A stretch of 32,000 nt of DNA from Synechococcus sp. A15-28 (GTDB lineage Bacteria > Cyanobacteriota > Cyanobacteriia > PCC-6307 > Cyanobiaceae), in assembly GCF_014280175.1 (NCBI RefSeq), contig NZ_CP047931.1, positions 990,001-1,022,000 on the forward strand. Direction: 5' to 3'. The position numbers and the translations under genes were made by a program. The notes below the pieces were generated by a model. It worked only from the letters and a program-made list of their open reading frames with translations, made no database searches and was not told the origin of the DNA. Of this stretch, positions 17,373-27,903 are shown in pieces. How positions within the stretch are numbered: the stretch's first letter is position 1; the number at the start of each line of letters is the position of its first letter.

Positions 17373-18705
17373 TGTCTTCGCGTTTGGCCTGGGCCTTCAC
17401 CGCCTGAACCGCTTCTTCCGCCAGGAAGTCACCATCGGAACGACCCACTGCCGATGGCACCGCTGTGTAGTTCGACGGTGCCAACGCTTCACCCCGAAGC
17501 AGGCTGCCGAGGGTGCGGAGGGTCAGCTTCACCTGCTGCCAGGGATTCATCAGCACCACGCGTTTGTAGAGGTAGCTGTCGAAGGTGAGCTTCTGAACGT
17601 CCTTGTCGTCGCACATCTCGACGAAGGCCTCTCGGGCGGCGTCATTGCGATAGAAGATCCGCTGCAAAATGTCGAGTACGGCGTAGGTGGCGCCGTACTT
17701 ACGGTCCCACCGCTTGAGGTAGGTGGATTTGATCTGCTTCTCGGTGGGAATCACCGAGCCGTTCTTGGAGATCTCAACGATGGCTTCCGCGCACATCCGA
17801 CCGCTTTTGGCAGCGAAATAGATGCCCTCACCGGAGCTCTTGGTGACGTAGCCGGCGGCATCACCCACCAACGCCATCCGGCCGACCACACGCCGAGGAC
17901 GTGGGTGCTCAGGGATGGGGTGGGCTTCAACCTTGATCACTTCGCCCTTGAACAGGCGCTTGTTGGCCCGCTCCCGGATCCCCTTCTGCAGACCCTTGAT
18001 CAGGCTCTGGTTCTGCTGCATGGTGCCGGTGCCAACGGCCACATGGTCGTATTTGGGGAAGACCCAGGCGTAGAAGTCCGGTGAAACGTCGGTACCGACG
18101 TACATCTCCGCCAGATCCTCGTAGTAGGTCATCTCTTCCGCCGGAAGTTTGATCCGTTCCTGGAAGGCGATGGCCACGTTGTAATCACCGGCATCCATCG
18201 CTTTGGCGACCCGGGAGTTGGCACCATCGGCGCCGATGATCAGGTCCACATCCAGGCTCTTCTGTTCTCCGGTGGGGCCACCGCCGCTGTAATCGGCGTA
18301 ATGAAGGGTGTAGGGCCCCTGCCGGTTGCTGCCGGTGTCGATTTTCTGGACCAGACCGTTCACCAGCGTGGTGCCGAGGTCTGCGGCACGGTTTCTCAGA
18401 TAGGCATCAAAGACCTCGCGTCGGCACATGCCGATGTAGGCGTTGTCGTCGTAACCGAGGGGGTCCAGCTTGATGTCCACCTCTCGATTGGACGGCGAAA
18501 TCATCTTCATGTTGCGAACCTTGCGGTCGATGATGTCGTCCGGCAGGTCGAATTCCTCGACCATGCAGAGAGGAATCGCTCCACCACAGGGTTTGGCGTT
18601 ATCCAGCTTGCGTTCAAACAGCCAGGTCTGGATTCCGGCCTTGGCCAGAATTTCAGCGGCGCAGGATCCACTTGGACCGCCACCGATAACCGCAACACGC
18701 AACAT
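17356..18705 (-). CDS. chlP: Geranylgeranyl diphosphate/chlorophyll reductase
   Basis: MLRVAVIGGGPSGSCAAEILAKAGIQTWLFERKLDNAKPCGGAIPLCMVEEFDLP..., typical ChlP FAD-binding N-terminus; 449 aa. Confidence 0.96.
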   Translation of the reverse strand: MLRVAVIGGGPSGSCAAEILAKAGIQTWLFERKLDNAKPCGGAIPLCMVEEFDLPDDIIDRKVRNMKMISPSNREVDIKLDPLGYDDNAYIGMCRREVFDAYLRNRAADLGTTLVNGLVQKIDTGSNRQGPYTLHYADYSGGGPTGEQKSLDVDLIIGADGANSRVAKAMDAGDYNVAIAFQERIKLPAEEMTYYEDLAEMYVGTDVSPDFYAWVFPKYDHVAVGTGTMQQNQSLIKGLQKGIRERANKRLFKGEVIKVEAHPIPEHPRPRRVVGRMALVGDAAGYVTKSSGEGIYFAAKSGRMCAEAIVEISKNGSVIPTEKQIKSTYLKRWDRKYGATYAVLDILQRIFYRNDAAREAFVEMCDDKDVQKLTFDSYLYKRVVLMNPWQQVKLTLRTLGSLLRGEALAPSNYTAVPSAVGRSDGDFLAEEAVQAVKAQAKREDKATIS

Positions 18706-18813
18706 CTCAGTCCAACTCCGCTGGATTGATTTTTGAAGCTACCACTCAGTTGATAGCCAACGTGGGCCCCGCTGGCACACGCCCCTACGATCGAAACAAC
18801 ACGCATCAGCGCT

Positions 18814-19566
18814 GTGGCCCGGGCCTCCTCCGCGCGACGCCCTCCAAGCGGAGACATTCCCGTTGCCCGTCGGGCTGCCTCCTCCCGGCAGCGCCGTCGA
18901 GGAGCAGGTCCATTGTTCGGCCTGGCAGCGTTCATTGTGCTTGTGGCCGGTACCGCCACGGTGCTGCTGGGATCCGATCGACCAGCACCGGTGCAGCAGG
19001 CGCAACAGCTGGAAGTGGAGGGCTTCCGACAGCGTCCGGACGAGGACGGGCGGCTGCTTGGGCACTTCCGTTATGAGGAAGTCCCCGCTGATCAACGCGT
19101 CAGCTTCGAGCCCGGGATTGAGCTGCAGGTGGATGCCGCCGAGGCTCTCGACGCCATGATGCGGGCCGGTCTGGCAGAGGGCGTGGATTTACGTCTGTTG
19201 AGCGGCTATCGCTCCCAGGCGCTGCAGGAGTCGATCTTTTTTGACATCGCCTCGGAACGGAATCAGACGGCGGAAGAACGGGCGCAGGTGTCGGCACCAC
19301 CGGGTTATTCCGAGCACAGCACTGGATATGCCATTGATCTGGGCGATGGAGCGGCTCCGGAGACCCACCTGTCCCAGAGCTTTGAGCAGACCCGGGCTTT
19401 TCGCTGGCTCCAGGACAACGCAGCGCGTTATCACTTTGTTCTGTCCTTTCCCAGGGGAAATCAGCAGGGGGTGATGTACGAGCCCTGGCATTGGCGTTTC
19501 CAGGGCACGGCCCAGGCGTTGCGGCAGTTTGAGGCGGCCCGGCGGTTCACCTCCAGACGCCCTTGA
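18814..19566 (+). CDS. D-alanyl-D-alanine carboxypeptidase, VanY-like (M15 family), membrane-anchored
   Basis: N-terminal hydrophobic segment, then LRLLSGYRSQALQESIFF...SAPPGYSEHSTGYAIDLGD...YEPWHWRF. Confidence 0.9.
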   Translation: MARASSARRPPSGDIPVARRAASSRQRRRGAGPLFGLAAFIVLVAGTATVLLGSDRPAPVQQAQQLEVEGFRQRPDEDGRLLGHFRYEEVPADQRVSFEPGIELQVDAAEALDAMMRAGLAEGVDLRLLSGYRSQALQESIFFDIASERNQTAEERAQVSAPPGYSEHSTGYAIDLGDGAAPETHLSQSFEQTRAFRWLQDNAARYHFVLSFPRGNQQGVMYEPWHWRFQGTAQALRQFEAARRFTSRRP

Positions 19567-22082
19567 CCAACCCTGAACTGCTCTCCCCAGCCGGTGACTG
19601 GGACTGTCTCAAGGCCGCCGTCGCCAACGGGGCCGATGCGGTCTATTTCGGTGTCGATGCCTTCAATGCCCGCCAGCGGGCGGAGAACTTCCGTATTGAA
19701 GAACTGGCAGAGGTGATGACCTGGCTGCATGAGCGCCAGGTGAAGGGGTTCCTCACCTTCAATGTGCTCGTGTTCAGCGACGAGCTGGAACGAGCTGCCG
19801 CACTGCTGATCGCTGCAGAGGGGGCAGGGGTCGATGCGGTGATTGTTCAGGACGTGGGGATCTGTCGACTGGCACGAACCCTGGTGCCGAATCTGGCACT
19901 GCATGGCTCCACGCAGATGTCCATCACCAGTGCTGCTGGCGTGGCGCAGGCGGCCTCACTGGGCTGTGAACGGGTGGTGCTGGCCCGGGAACTTGCCCTC
20001 AACGATCTGGAGCGCCTGCAGGGACAGTTGCAGGCCAGGCATCTGGCGATGCCACTGGAGGTCTTCGTCCATGGCGCCTTGTGTGTGGCTTATTCCGGTC
20101 AGTGCCTGACCAGTGAGTCCCTTGGCCAACGCAGTGCCAACCGTGGTGAATGTGCCCAGGCCTGCCGGCTTCCCTATGAATTGATCGTCGACGGCGTGCC
20201 CCGACCCCTGGGTGATCAGCGGTATCTGTTGTCTCCTCAGGATCTGGCGGCCTGGCCTGTGCTGCCGGATCTGCAGCGCATCGGCATCGCCAGCCTCAAG
20301 ATCGAAGGCCGCCTGAAGGACCCGACCTACGTGGCGGCGGTGACGGATGCCTATCGCCGTGGCCTCGATCAGGGCCTTGACGCTGCAGAACCGGATGACC
20401 CCCAGCGCCAGTTGGAGCTTGCCTTTTCCCGGGGACTCTCCACGGGTTGGTTGCAAGGGGTGAACCACCGCCAACTCGTCCATGGTCGTTGGAGCAAGAA
20501 ACGAGGCCCTTTGGTGGGGCAGTTGTTGCAGGTGGACCGACGTGGTTGGCTGCAGATCCGCAGCCGGGAAGCCTTGCGTCCCGGTCATGGCCTGGTGCTG
20601 GAACGCCGGTCCGCGTCACCTCTTGAGCCCCCGGACGAGGTCGGAGGGCGGGTGATGGTGGTGGAGCGGCTCGGCCGTGAGCGGTTGCGGCTGAAACTCG
20701 GTCCGGGTCGCCTCAATCTCCGCGATCTGTCCGCCGGCGCATCGGTCTGGCTCACCAGCGATCCCTCCTGGGACAGCCACTGGCAGCGGGCTGCCCAACG
20801 TCCGACCGCCGGCCAGTCCATCGGGCTGCAGCTGCGGGTTCGCGGCCGCTTGGATCAGCCACTGCTGCTCGAATACCTTCACGGTGAAACGCGAATCCGC
20901 AGCTCCATGCCCCTGCAGGCGGCCCAGCAACGTCCTCTCGATCGTCAGCGTCTGGAGGAGCAGCTGGGACGGCTTGGCGGCAGCGGTTGGTTGCTTGAAC
21001 GACTGGAGCTGGATCTTGAGGGGGATTTGTTCCTGCCGGTAGCGGAGCTGAACCGGATGCGGCGGGAACTGCTGAAGCAGCTTCAGTCCCTGGAGCCCTC
21101 CCCGCCGCCGTCCCCGGCATCGTCCACGAGGACCGCTGCGGATGTTCCCTCCCTGCTGCAGCAGCTGTCCCCGTCGATCGCACCCCAGCCCTCTATGGAG
21201 GAGCCCAGCCTCGTTGTGTTGGTGCGCAGCCTGGGCCAGCTCGAGGCCCTGATCCCGCTTTCAGGCCTGCCGATCGCTTCTGTGGTGGCGGAGCTGGAGC
21301 AGCCGCGGGACCTGCGGGAAGCGGTGGCCATCGGTCGTGGCCACTGGCCCGATGGACTCTGGCTGGCGGGGGCACGGATCACCAGGCCCGATGAAGCCTG
21401 GAGTCTGGAGCCCTTGATCCGCGCCCGTCCCGACGGCTACCTGGTGCGCAATGCCGATCAATTGGAACGCCTCACGCCATTGGCTCCCTGCGTCGGAGAT
21501 TTTTCCCTGAACGCGGCCAACCCCCTCAGCGTCCGCTGGTATCTGGAGCACTGGGGGCTGGAGCGGGTGACCGCCAGCTACGACCTCAACCTGCAGCAGT
21601 TGCTGGATCTGGCGGCCGGCGTGGATGCCAGTCGACTTGAGGCCACCCTACATCAGCACATGCCTTTGTTTCACATGGATCACTGTGTGTTCTGCGCCTT
21701 CCTCTCCGAGGGGCATGACCACACCGATTGCGGTCGTCCCTGTGAGCACCACAGCGTCACGTTGAAGGATCGCAGTGGCGTCGAGCACCCGTTGCGAGCT
21801 GATCTCGGTTGTCGCAACACCCTGTTCAACGGCACGGCGCAAACCGGCGTGGAGGGTCTGCCGGCTTTGCTGCAGGCCGGAGTGCGTCAGGTCCGCCTTG
21901 AACTGTTGGATGAGGATGCCGCGTCGACGCAGCGCCGGGTGAGGCTTTACGCCGATGCGCTTTTGGGGCGGCGTGCTTCAGGGGAGGTCTGGAGTCAGGA
22001 GCGGGTCCATCACCAGCTTGGCGTGACCCGAGGGAGCCTGCGTGTAAAGGGTCCGGAACGCACCAGTCAAATCTCACGTTGA
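19563..22082 (+). CDS. U32 family peptidase / collagenase-like protein (RlhA/YdcP-like architecture)
   Basis: MTNPELLSPAGDWDCLKAAVANGADAVYFGVDAFNAR...STQMSITSAAG...HGALCVAYSGQCLTS...GECAQACRLPYEL; TTG start overlaps the upstream stop. Confidence 0.92.
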   Translation: MTNPELLSPAGDWDCLKAAVANGADAVYFGVDAFNARQRAENFRIEELAEVMTWLHERQVKGFLTFNVLVFSDELERAAALLIAAEGAGVDAVIVQDVGICRLARTLVPNLALHGSTQMSITSAAGVAQAASLGCERVVLARELALNDLERLQGQLQARHLAMPLEVFVHGALCVAYSGQCLTSESLGQRSANRGECAQACRLPYELIVDGVPRPLGDQRYLLSPQDLAAWPVLPDLQRIGIASLKIEGRLKDPTYVAAVTDAYRRGLDQGLDAAEPDDPQRQLELAFSRGLSTGWLQGVNHRQLVHGRWSKKRGPLVGQLLQVDRRGWLQIRSREALRPGHGLVLERRSASPLEPPDEVGGRVMVVERLGRERLRLKLGPGRLNLRDLSAGASVWLTSDPSWDSHWQRAAQRPTAGQSIGLQLRVRGRLDQPLLLEYLHGETRIRSSMPLQAAQQRPLDRQRLEEQLGRLGGSGWLLERLELDLEGDLFLPVAELNRMRRELLKQLQSLEPSPPPSPASSTRTAADVPSLLQQLSPSIAPQPSMEEPSLVVLVRSLGQLEALIPLSGLPIASVVAELEQPRDLREAVAIGRGHWPDGLWLAGARITRPDEAWSLEPLIRARPDGYLVRNADQLERLTPLAPCVGDFSLNAANPLSVRWYLEHWGLERVTASYDLNLQQLLDLAAGVDASRLEATLHQHMPLFHMDHCVFCAFLSEGHDHTDCGRPCEHHSVTLKDRSGVEHPLRADLGCRNTLFNGTAQTGVEGLPALLQAGVRQVRLELLDEDAASTQRRVRLYADALLGRRASGEVWSQERVHHQLGVTRGSLRVKGPERTSQISR

Positions 22083-22140
22083 GATAACCTTTCGCCCTGC
22101 GCCTTTGGGCGTTCTTCACAAATTCAAACGGTCAACCCGC

Positions 22141-23943
22141 ATGAGCGCCCAGCACAAGGCGATTCGCAACATCGCGATCATCGCTCACGTTGACCATGGC
22201 AAAACCACCCTGGTTGATTCCCTGCTGGCGCAATCAGGCATCTTCCGCGACAACGAAGCGGTGCCCACCTGCGTCATGGACTCCAATGATCTGGAGCGTG
22301 AGCGCGGCATCACTATCCTGTCGAAAAACACGGCGGTCGATTACGCCGACACCCGCATCAACATTGTCGATACCCCCGGTCACGCTGATTTCGGCGGAGA
22401 AGTGGAGCGCGTGCTGGGCATGGTGGATGGCTGTCTGCTGATCGTTGACGCCAACGAGGGGCCGATGCCCCAGACGCGCTTCGTGCTGAAGAAGGCCCTG
22501 GAGCAGGGTCTCCGCCCGATCGTGTTCGTCAACAAGATCGACCGGGCCCGGGTGGATCCCGAGACCGCCGTGGACAAGGTGCTGGATCTGTTCATCGAGC
22601 TCGGTGCCGATGACGATCAGTGCGATTTCCCGTATCTATTCGGTAGCGGTCTCGGCGGATTCGCCAAGCCGGACATGAAGACGGACAGCGACAACATTCG
22701 GCCGCTGTTTGACGCGATTCTGCGCCATGTTCCGCCCCCGGTCGGTGATGTGGAGAAGCCGCTGCAGCTTCAGATCACCACCCTCGATTACTCCGATTTC
22801 CTTGGACGGATCATCATCGGCCGCGTCCATAACGGTGTGATCAAACAGGGGCAGAGCGCTTCCCTGATCAAGGACGACGGCAGCATGAAGAAAGGCCGCA
22901 TCAGCAAGTTGCTGGGCTTCCAGGGCCTGCAGCGCGTGGAGATCGAGGAAGCCAGTGCCGGTGATCTGGTGGCTGTGGCTGGTTTTGACGACGTCAACAT
23001 CGGTGAAACCATCGCCTGCCCGGATGAGCCCACCGCTCTGCCGCTGATCAAGGTGGATGAGCCGACCCTGCAGATGACCTTTGTGGTCAACGACTCCCCC
23101 TTCGCCGGCAAGGAAGGCAAGTTCGTCACCAGCCGTCAGGTGCGTGACCGTCTGCAGCGGGAGCTGCTCACGAACGTGGCCCTGCGCGTCGAAGACACGG
23201 ACTCACCGGATCGCTTTGCCGTCAGCGGCCGTGGCGAACTGCACCTGGGCATCCTGATCGAGACGATGCGGCGCGAGGGCTACGAATTCCAGGTGTCGCA
23301 GCCTCAGGTGATCTTCCGCACCATCGACGGCACCCCCTGCGAACCGGTGGAAACCCTCGTGATGGACGTGCCTGAGGAGGCCGTCGGCGGCTGCATCGAG
23401 AAACTGGGCACCCGCAAAGGGGAAATGCAGAACATGGAGACCGGTCAGGACGGCCGCACCCAACTGGAATTCATCGTTCCGTCCCGCGGTTTGATCGGCT
23501 TCCGGGGTGAGTTCATCCGCACCACCCGCGGCGAGGGGATCATGAGCCACTCCTTCTTTGAGTACCGGCCGATGCTGGGTGACTTCGACACCCGCCGGAA
23601 CGGAGTGCTGATCGCCTTCGAGGAAGGCACCGCCACCTTCTACGCCCTCAAGAACGCCGAGGACCGCGGTCAGTTCTTCATCTCGCCCGGCACCAAGGTT
23701 TACAAGGGCATGATCATCGGTGAGAACAATCGTCCCCAGGACCTGGAGATCAACGTCTGCAAGGCCAAACAGCTCACCAACATGCGCTCCGCCGGTGCTG
23801 AGGAACTCGACACGCTGCAGGCACCGGTGCAGATGACCCTCGAGCGGGCCCTGGAATATATCGGTCCTGACGAGATGCTTGAGGTGACGCCGGAATCCAT
23901 CCGACTGCGCAAGCTGCCAGCCAAGAAGATGGCCAAGCGCTGA
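22141..23943 (+). CDS. typA: Ribosome-associated translational GTPase TypA/BipA
   Basis: [62 protein letters not shown]; in-frame ATG at 22141 inside ORF 22105..23943. Confidence 0.97.
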   Translation: MSAQHKAIRNIAIIAHVDHGKTTLVDSLLAQSGIFRDNEAVPTCVMDSNDLERERGITILSKNTAVDYADTRINIVDTPGHADFGGEVERVLGMVDGCLLIVDANEGPMPQTRFVLKKALEQGLRPIVFVNKIDRARVDPETAVDKVLDLFIELGADDDQCDFPYLFGSGLGGFAKPDMKTDSDNIRPLFDAILRHVPPPVGDVEKPLQLQITTLDYSDFLGRIIIGRVHNGVIKQGQSASLIKDDGSMKKGRISKLLGFQGLQRVEIEEASAGDLVAVAGFDDVNIGETIACPDEPTALPLIKVDEPTLQMTFVVNDSPFAGKEGKFVTSRQVRDRLQRELLTNVALRVEDTDSPDRFAVSGRGELHLGILIETMRREGYEFQVSQPQVIFRTIDGTPCEPVETLVMDVPEEAVGGCIEKLGTRKGEMQNMETGQDGRTQLEFIVPSRGLIGFRGEFIRTTRGEGIMSHSFFEYRPMLGDFDTRRNGVLIAFEEGTATFYALKNAEDRGQFFISPGTKVYKGMIIGENNRPQDLEINVCKAKQLTNMRSAGAEELDTLQAPVQMTLERALEYIGPDEMLEVTPESIRLRKLPAKKMAKR

Positions 23944-24299
23944 TGGTTGAGGCGGATCCCCGCTTCCAGGACGCCATCCGCCTTTTCAACATTCAGGAGT
24001 GGTACGCCGCCCATGACGTGTTGGAGGAGATCTGGCATGAAACCGCCGATCCGGAACGACGCTGCCTGCAGGGACTCCTGCAGGTGGCGGTGGCTCAGCT
24101 GCATCTCCAACGGGACAACCAGCGCGGAGCCACGATCCTTTTCGGGGAGGCCCTCGGCCGATTGCAACGACCGGGCACTCCGGATCTAGGGCTCGATCTG
24201 CAGGCGTTGTGCCGTTGCGTCCAGGAGCGATTGGTGCAGTTGCAGCAGAACGGTGATCCCGAGTCCTGCACTGTCCCCGTCCTCAATCCCTCCCCCTGA
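23943..24299 (+). CDS. DUF309 domain-containing protein
   Basis: 118 aa: FNIQEWYAAHDVLEEIWHETADPERRCLQGLLQVAVAQLHLQRDNQRGA, characteristic of DUF309. Confidence 0.85.
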   Translation: MVEADPRFQDAIRLFNIQEWYAAHDVLEEIWHETADPERRCLQGLLQVAVAQLHLQRDNQRGATILFGEALGRLQRPGTPDLGLDLQALCRCVQERLVQLQQNGDPESCTVPVLNPSP

Positions 24300-24351
24300 A
24301 GTGTCGGTAGTGTCCGTCAATTCCTGCTCTCAACCGGTGGTCATCAGGGCG

Positions 24352-24762
24352 ATGCGTCGACTTCGATCAGCTCTGTTCGTGCTCCTGTCCCTTCTGGTTG
24401 CAGGCCCCATGGAGCCGATGGCTGCTGAGGAGAGCCTTGGACACGGGTTGATCACCATCGAATCCGATCAGCAGTCCGCCGACAACAGCACCGGTGTCGT
24501 CACCGCCAGCGGAAATGTGCGGATTGTGCACGCGGACCGTGGCGTGGTGGCCACGAGCCGTCAGGCTCAGTATTTCACCAAGGAGGAGCGAATCGTTCTC
24601 CGTGGCGATGTGGACGTGGTGCAGAACGACGGGCATGCCCTGAGGGCGGATCAGGTCATTTACCTGCTGCGGGAGGATCGCGCCAAGGCCGTCCCCGTGG
24701 AGGGGGGCCAGGTCTTCAGTCAATGGTCTCTGAAGGACCCGTCATCGGGCACCGAACCATGA
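24352..24762 (+). CDS. lptA: LptA/OstA-like LPS transport periplasmic protein (start could be GTG 24310)
   Basis: Signal peptide, then ITIESDQQSADNSTGVVTASGNVRIVHADRGVVATSRQAQYFTKEERIVLRGDVDVVQNDGHALRADQVIYLL; located immediately upstream of lptB. Confidence 0.87.
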   Translation: MRRLRSALFVLLSLLVAGPMEPMAAEESLGHGLITIESDQQSADNSTGVVTASGNVRIVHADRGVVATSRQAQYFTKEERIVLRGDVDVVQNDGHALRADQVIYLLREDRAKAVPVEGGQVFSQWSLKDPSSGTEP

Positions 24763-25487
24763 GCCTCTCCCTGGAGACGGTGTCCATCAGCCTGGGCGGC
24801 AGGCAGTTGGTCAACCGCGTGAGTCTTGATCTCTCACCCGGTGAGGTGGTTGGTCTGCTGGGACCCAACGGAGCTGGCAAGACCACCACCTTCAATCTGG
24901 TGATTGGTTTGCTGCGGCCCGATACCGGTGTGATCAGCCTCGATGGTGAGGTTGTATCGACCCTGTCGATGCCAAAACGGGCCAGGCTGGGACTCGGCTA
25001 TCTGCCGCAGGAACCCAGTGTCTTTCGTCAGTTGACGGTTCGTCAGAACCTTGAAATTGCCCTCGATCAGATGGATCTGAGTTCGCAGCAGCGTCGTGAT
25101 CGCCGCGACCAGTTAATCGAGGACTTTCACCTGGTGGCGTTTGTCGATCGCTGCGGCTACCAACTGTCGGGTGGTGAGCGGCGCCGCTGTGAAGTGGCCC
25201 GGGCTCTGGCTGTGGGTTCGGAGGGCCCCCGCTATCTGTTGCTGGACGAACCCTTCGCGGGGGTGGATCCCTTGGCGGTGGCTGATCTGCAGGAGCTGAT
25301 CCAGGAGTTGCGCTCGCGCGGGATGGGGATCCTGGTCACCGATCACAACGTCCGGGAGACCCTGGCGATCACGGATCGGGCTTACATCCTCAACGACGGA
25401 TCGATTCTGGCCAGTGGGCAGTCCGAGACCGTGGCGAACGATCCTCTTGTGCGCCGTCACTACCTCGGGGAGGCCTTCCAGCTGTGA
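24759..25487 (+). CDS. lptB: LPS export ABC transporter ATP-binding protein
   Basis: GLLGPNGAGKTTTFNLVIGL, YLPQEPSVFRQLTV, YQLSGGERRRCEVARALA, LLLDEPFAGVDPLAV; LptB-type sequence. Confidence 0.95.
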   Translation: MSLSLETVSISLGGRQLVNRVSLDLSPGEVVGLLGPNGAGKTTTFNLVIGLLRPDTGVISLDGEVVSTLSMPKRARLGLGYLPQEPSVFRQLTVRQNLEIALDQMDLSSQQRRDRRDQLIEDFHLVAFVDRCGYQLSGGERRRCEVARALAVGSEGPRYLLLDEPFAGVDPLAVADLQELIQELRSRGMGILVTDHNVRETLAITDRAYILNDGSILASGQSETVANDPLVRRHYLGEAFQL

Positions 25488-26641
25488 TTGCTGTGCTGAA
25501 CCGCTGGTGTCGTCGAATTCCCCTGCTGGATCGCTGGTTGATCGGCGAAATCCTGGCGCCCTTGCTGTTTGCGGTGGCGGCTTTCACGGTGGTGGGGCTT
25601 TCCATCGGTGTGATGTTCGAGCTGGTGCGCCGGCTGGTGGAGGACGGTCTTCCGGCTTGGATCGCCTTGCAGGTGATGGTGCTGAGCTTGCCGCGGTTCC
25701 TGGTGCTGTCGTTTCCGATGGCCACGCTGTTCGCCACCCTGCTGGCCTACAGCAAGCTGACGGCAAACAGTGAACTCACGGCCTTGCGCAGTGTCGGGGT
25801 CAGCACCGTGCGTCTGGTGGTGCCTGCTCTGGTGCTGTCAGCTCTGCTGACGGGCATGACGCTGCTGTTCAACGATGTGATCGTTCCCAAAGCCAACACC
25901 CGGGCTGAAGTCACCCTGCAGAAAGCCCTGGGACGAGCCCTGGCAACTGAAAAGGGCAAAGACATCATTTATTCCCGTTTCGGCAGGGTGTCGCAACCGG
26001 GGTCTGATCGCAGTGGTCGCGGCCTCAAGCAACTGTTTTATTCCCGCCGCTTTGACAAAGGGGAGATGGTGGATGTCACGGTGCTGGATTTCTCACGGGC
26101 TGGTTTCCGCCAGATGCTTGTGGCTGAAAGGGCTCTCTGGAACGAGGCTGAGGCCAAGTGGGAATTCCTGGATGGTCAGATCCTCACGCTCAACCTCAAC
26201 GGCAGCACCACCCGGGTGGATTTCGATCGCTACCTCTATCCCCTCAGTTCTGGTCCCCTGAAGGTGGCTCGACTGCCGGATGACGCCAACAACATGACGA
26301 TCGCTGAAGCGATCAAGGCCGAGCGCATCGAAGCGGAAGCCGGCAATGTCAAAGCCGCCCGCAAGCTGCAGGTGCGGATCCAGGAGAAGTTCACCTTCCC
26401 CATGGCCTGCGTGGTGTTCGGTCTGATCGGCAGCAGTCTCGGTTCGCGACCGGGCTCGCGAACCAGTCGCAGCCAGGGCTTCGGCATCAGCATCCTGCTG
26501 ATCCTTGGCTACTACGCCCTCAGTTTCAGCTTCAGTTCCCTCGGCGTGAAGGGTGTTCTGCCAGCGCTGCTGGCGGCCTGGCTGCCCGTGTTGATTTCCC
26601 TGGGGGCTGGCTCTCTGTTGCTGCGCCAGGCCAGTCGTTGA
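25484..26641 (+). CDS. LptF/LptG family permease (YjgP/YjgQ)
   Basis: 385 aa: LLDRWLIGEILAPLLFAVAAFTVVGLSIGVMFELVRRLVE...SLPRFLVLSFPMATLFATLLAYSKLTANSELTALRSVGVS; coupled to lptB by overlap. Confidence 0.93.
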   Translation: MIAVLNRWCRRIPLLDRWLIGEILAPLLFAVAAFTVVGLSIGVMFELVRRLVEDGLPAWIALQVMVLSLPRFLVLSFPMATLFATLLAYSKLTANSELTALRSVGVSTVRLVVPALVLSALLTGMTLLFNDVIVPKANTRAEVTLQKALGRALATEKGKDIIYSRFGRVSQPGSDRSGRGLKQLFYSRRFDKGEMVDVTVLDFSRAGFRQMLVAERALWNEAEAKWEFLDGQILTLNLNGSTTRVDFDRYLYPLSSGPLKVARLPDDANNMTIAEAIKAERIEAEAGNVKAARKLQVRIQEKFTFPMACVVFGLIGSSLGSRPGSRTSRSQGFGISILLILGYYALSFSFSSLGVKGVLPALLAAWLPVLISLGAGSLLLRQASR

Positions 26642-26656
26642 GTTGCCCCGGCAGAA

Positions 26657-27625
26657 TTGATTTCATCAGGACACTTCTCGGTGCAGTCCCTTCCGTTTGA
26701 TCTCGTCACCGGCCTCGGGTTCGGAGCCTTTCTGCTGCTTCTGCTGGCCCTGCCGCTGGCCTTCTGGGCTGTTTCCTCCAAAGCCCGGACCGGCATCGTT
26801 CAGCTGCTGGTGGCGCTGGCCAACCTGCTGCTGACGGCTCAGCTGGTTCTGCGTTGGTGGGAATCCGGCCATTTCCCGATCAGCAACCTGTACGAGTCTC
26901 TGTGCTTTCTGGCCTGGGCCTGCACCCTCACGCAATTGCTGGTGGAACGCTCCTGGCCATCACCGATCGTGGCCGCTGCCGCCACGCCGATGGGTCTCGG
27001 CTGCATTGCCTTCGCCAGCTTCGCCTTGCCGGATCAGTTGCAGAGTGCTGCACCGTTGGTGCCTGCCCTCCGCTCCAGCTGGCTGGTGATGCATGTGAGC
27101 GTAATCATGGTGAGTTATGCCGCTCTTCTGGTGGGTTCCCTGCTTTCATTCGCCGTGCTGGTGACGGATCGGGGGGAAGCTCTGGAACTGCGCAGCAGCT
27201 CGATCGGCAGCGGTGGTTTTCGCCAATCGGTCGCTGCCACAGAAGGGGGCGTGCTGCAGTTGCAATCCGTTCAGCTGAGCACCACGGAGCAACTGGACAG
27301 TCTCAGTTACCGCACCATCACCGTTGGCTTCCTGATGCTCACTGTTGGCATCGTCAGCGGAGCTGTGTGGGCCAACGAAGCCTGGGGCAGCTACTGGAGC
27401 TGGGATCCGAAAGAGACCTGGGCACTGATCTGCTGGCTGGTGTATGCGGCTTATCTGCACACCCGTCTCAGCCGTGGCTGGCAGGGGCGCCGTCCGGCCC
27501 TTGTTGCCGTGGTGGGTCTGGTGGTGATCGCGGTCTGCTACATCGGGGTGAATCTGCTTGGCATCGGTTTGCATAGCTATGGCTGGTTCTTCGGAAGCCT
27601 TGTTATTCCGGGCTCTAGTCGATAA
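26657..27625 (+). CDS. ccsA: Cytochrome c biogenesis protein CcsA
   Basis: [14 protein letters not shown] and [33 protein letters not shown] (WWD-type motif); 322 aa, TTG start. Confidence 0.95.
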   Translation: MISSGHFSVQSLPFDLVTGLGFGAFLLLLLALPLAFWAVSSKARTGIVQLLVALANLLLTAQLVLRWWESGHFPISNLYESLCFLAWACTLTQLLVERSWPSPIVAAAATPMGLGCIAFASFALPDQLQSAAPLVPALRSSWLVMHVSVIMVSYAALLVGSLLSFAVLVTDRGEALELRSSSIGSGGFRQSVAATEGGVLQLQSVQLSTTEQLDSLSYRTITVGFLMLTVGIVSGAVWANEAWGSYWSWDPKETWALICWLVYAAYLHTRLSRGWQGRRPALVAVVGLVVIAVCYIGVNLLGIGLHSYGWFFGSLVIPGSSR

Positions 27626-27850
27626 CCCGCAGAGAAGTGAATCTCTGACGCTTGCCCTTCGCCGATCGCCCCTTCTAACTCCAAAGAGCGAGTGCGACTT
27701 GGTTGATGTTGAAGATTTCAGAGGCTGGTCCAGTGATTTTGTCTCTGGATTGGTCGAACGATTGATTTCCAACCGATGAGGTCTTGGGGAAAACCCCAGG
27801 GAAGAGCTCCATTGAGAATGGCTCTCTTCATCTGATTCCAGATCAGGCAC

Positions 27851-27878
27851 TTGTTCTTTGATTGCGAGATGTTCTAAT
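27851..27878 (+). promoter_or_regulatory. Putative sigma70-type promoter for abrB
   Basis: TTGTTC (27851-27856), 16-nt spacer, TCTAAT (27873-27878). Confidence 0.35.
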
Positions 27879-27903
27879 GGAGAAGTATGAAATTCCGAAT
27901 GCA

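Noticed and set aside
18726-19095. Overlapping ORFs 18726..19076 (+) and 18739..19095 (-)
   Set aside because: Both conflict with the VanY-like gene starting at GTG 18814, which has a signal anchor and M15 motifs.
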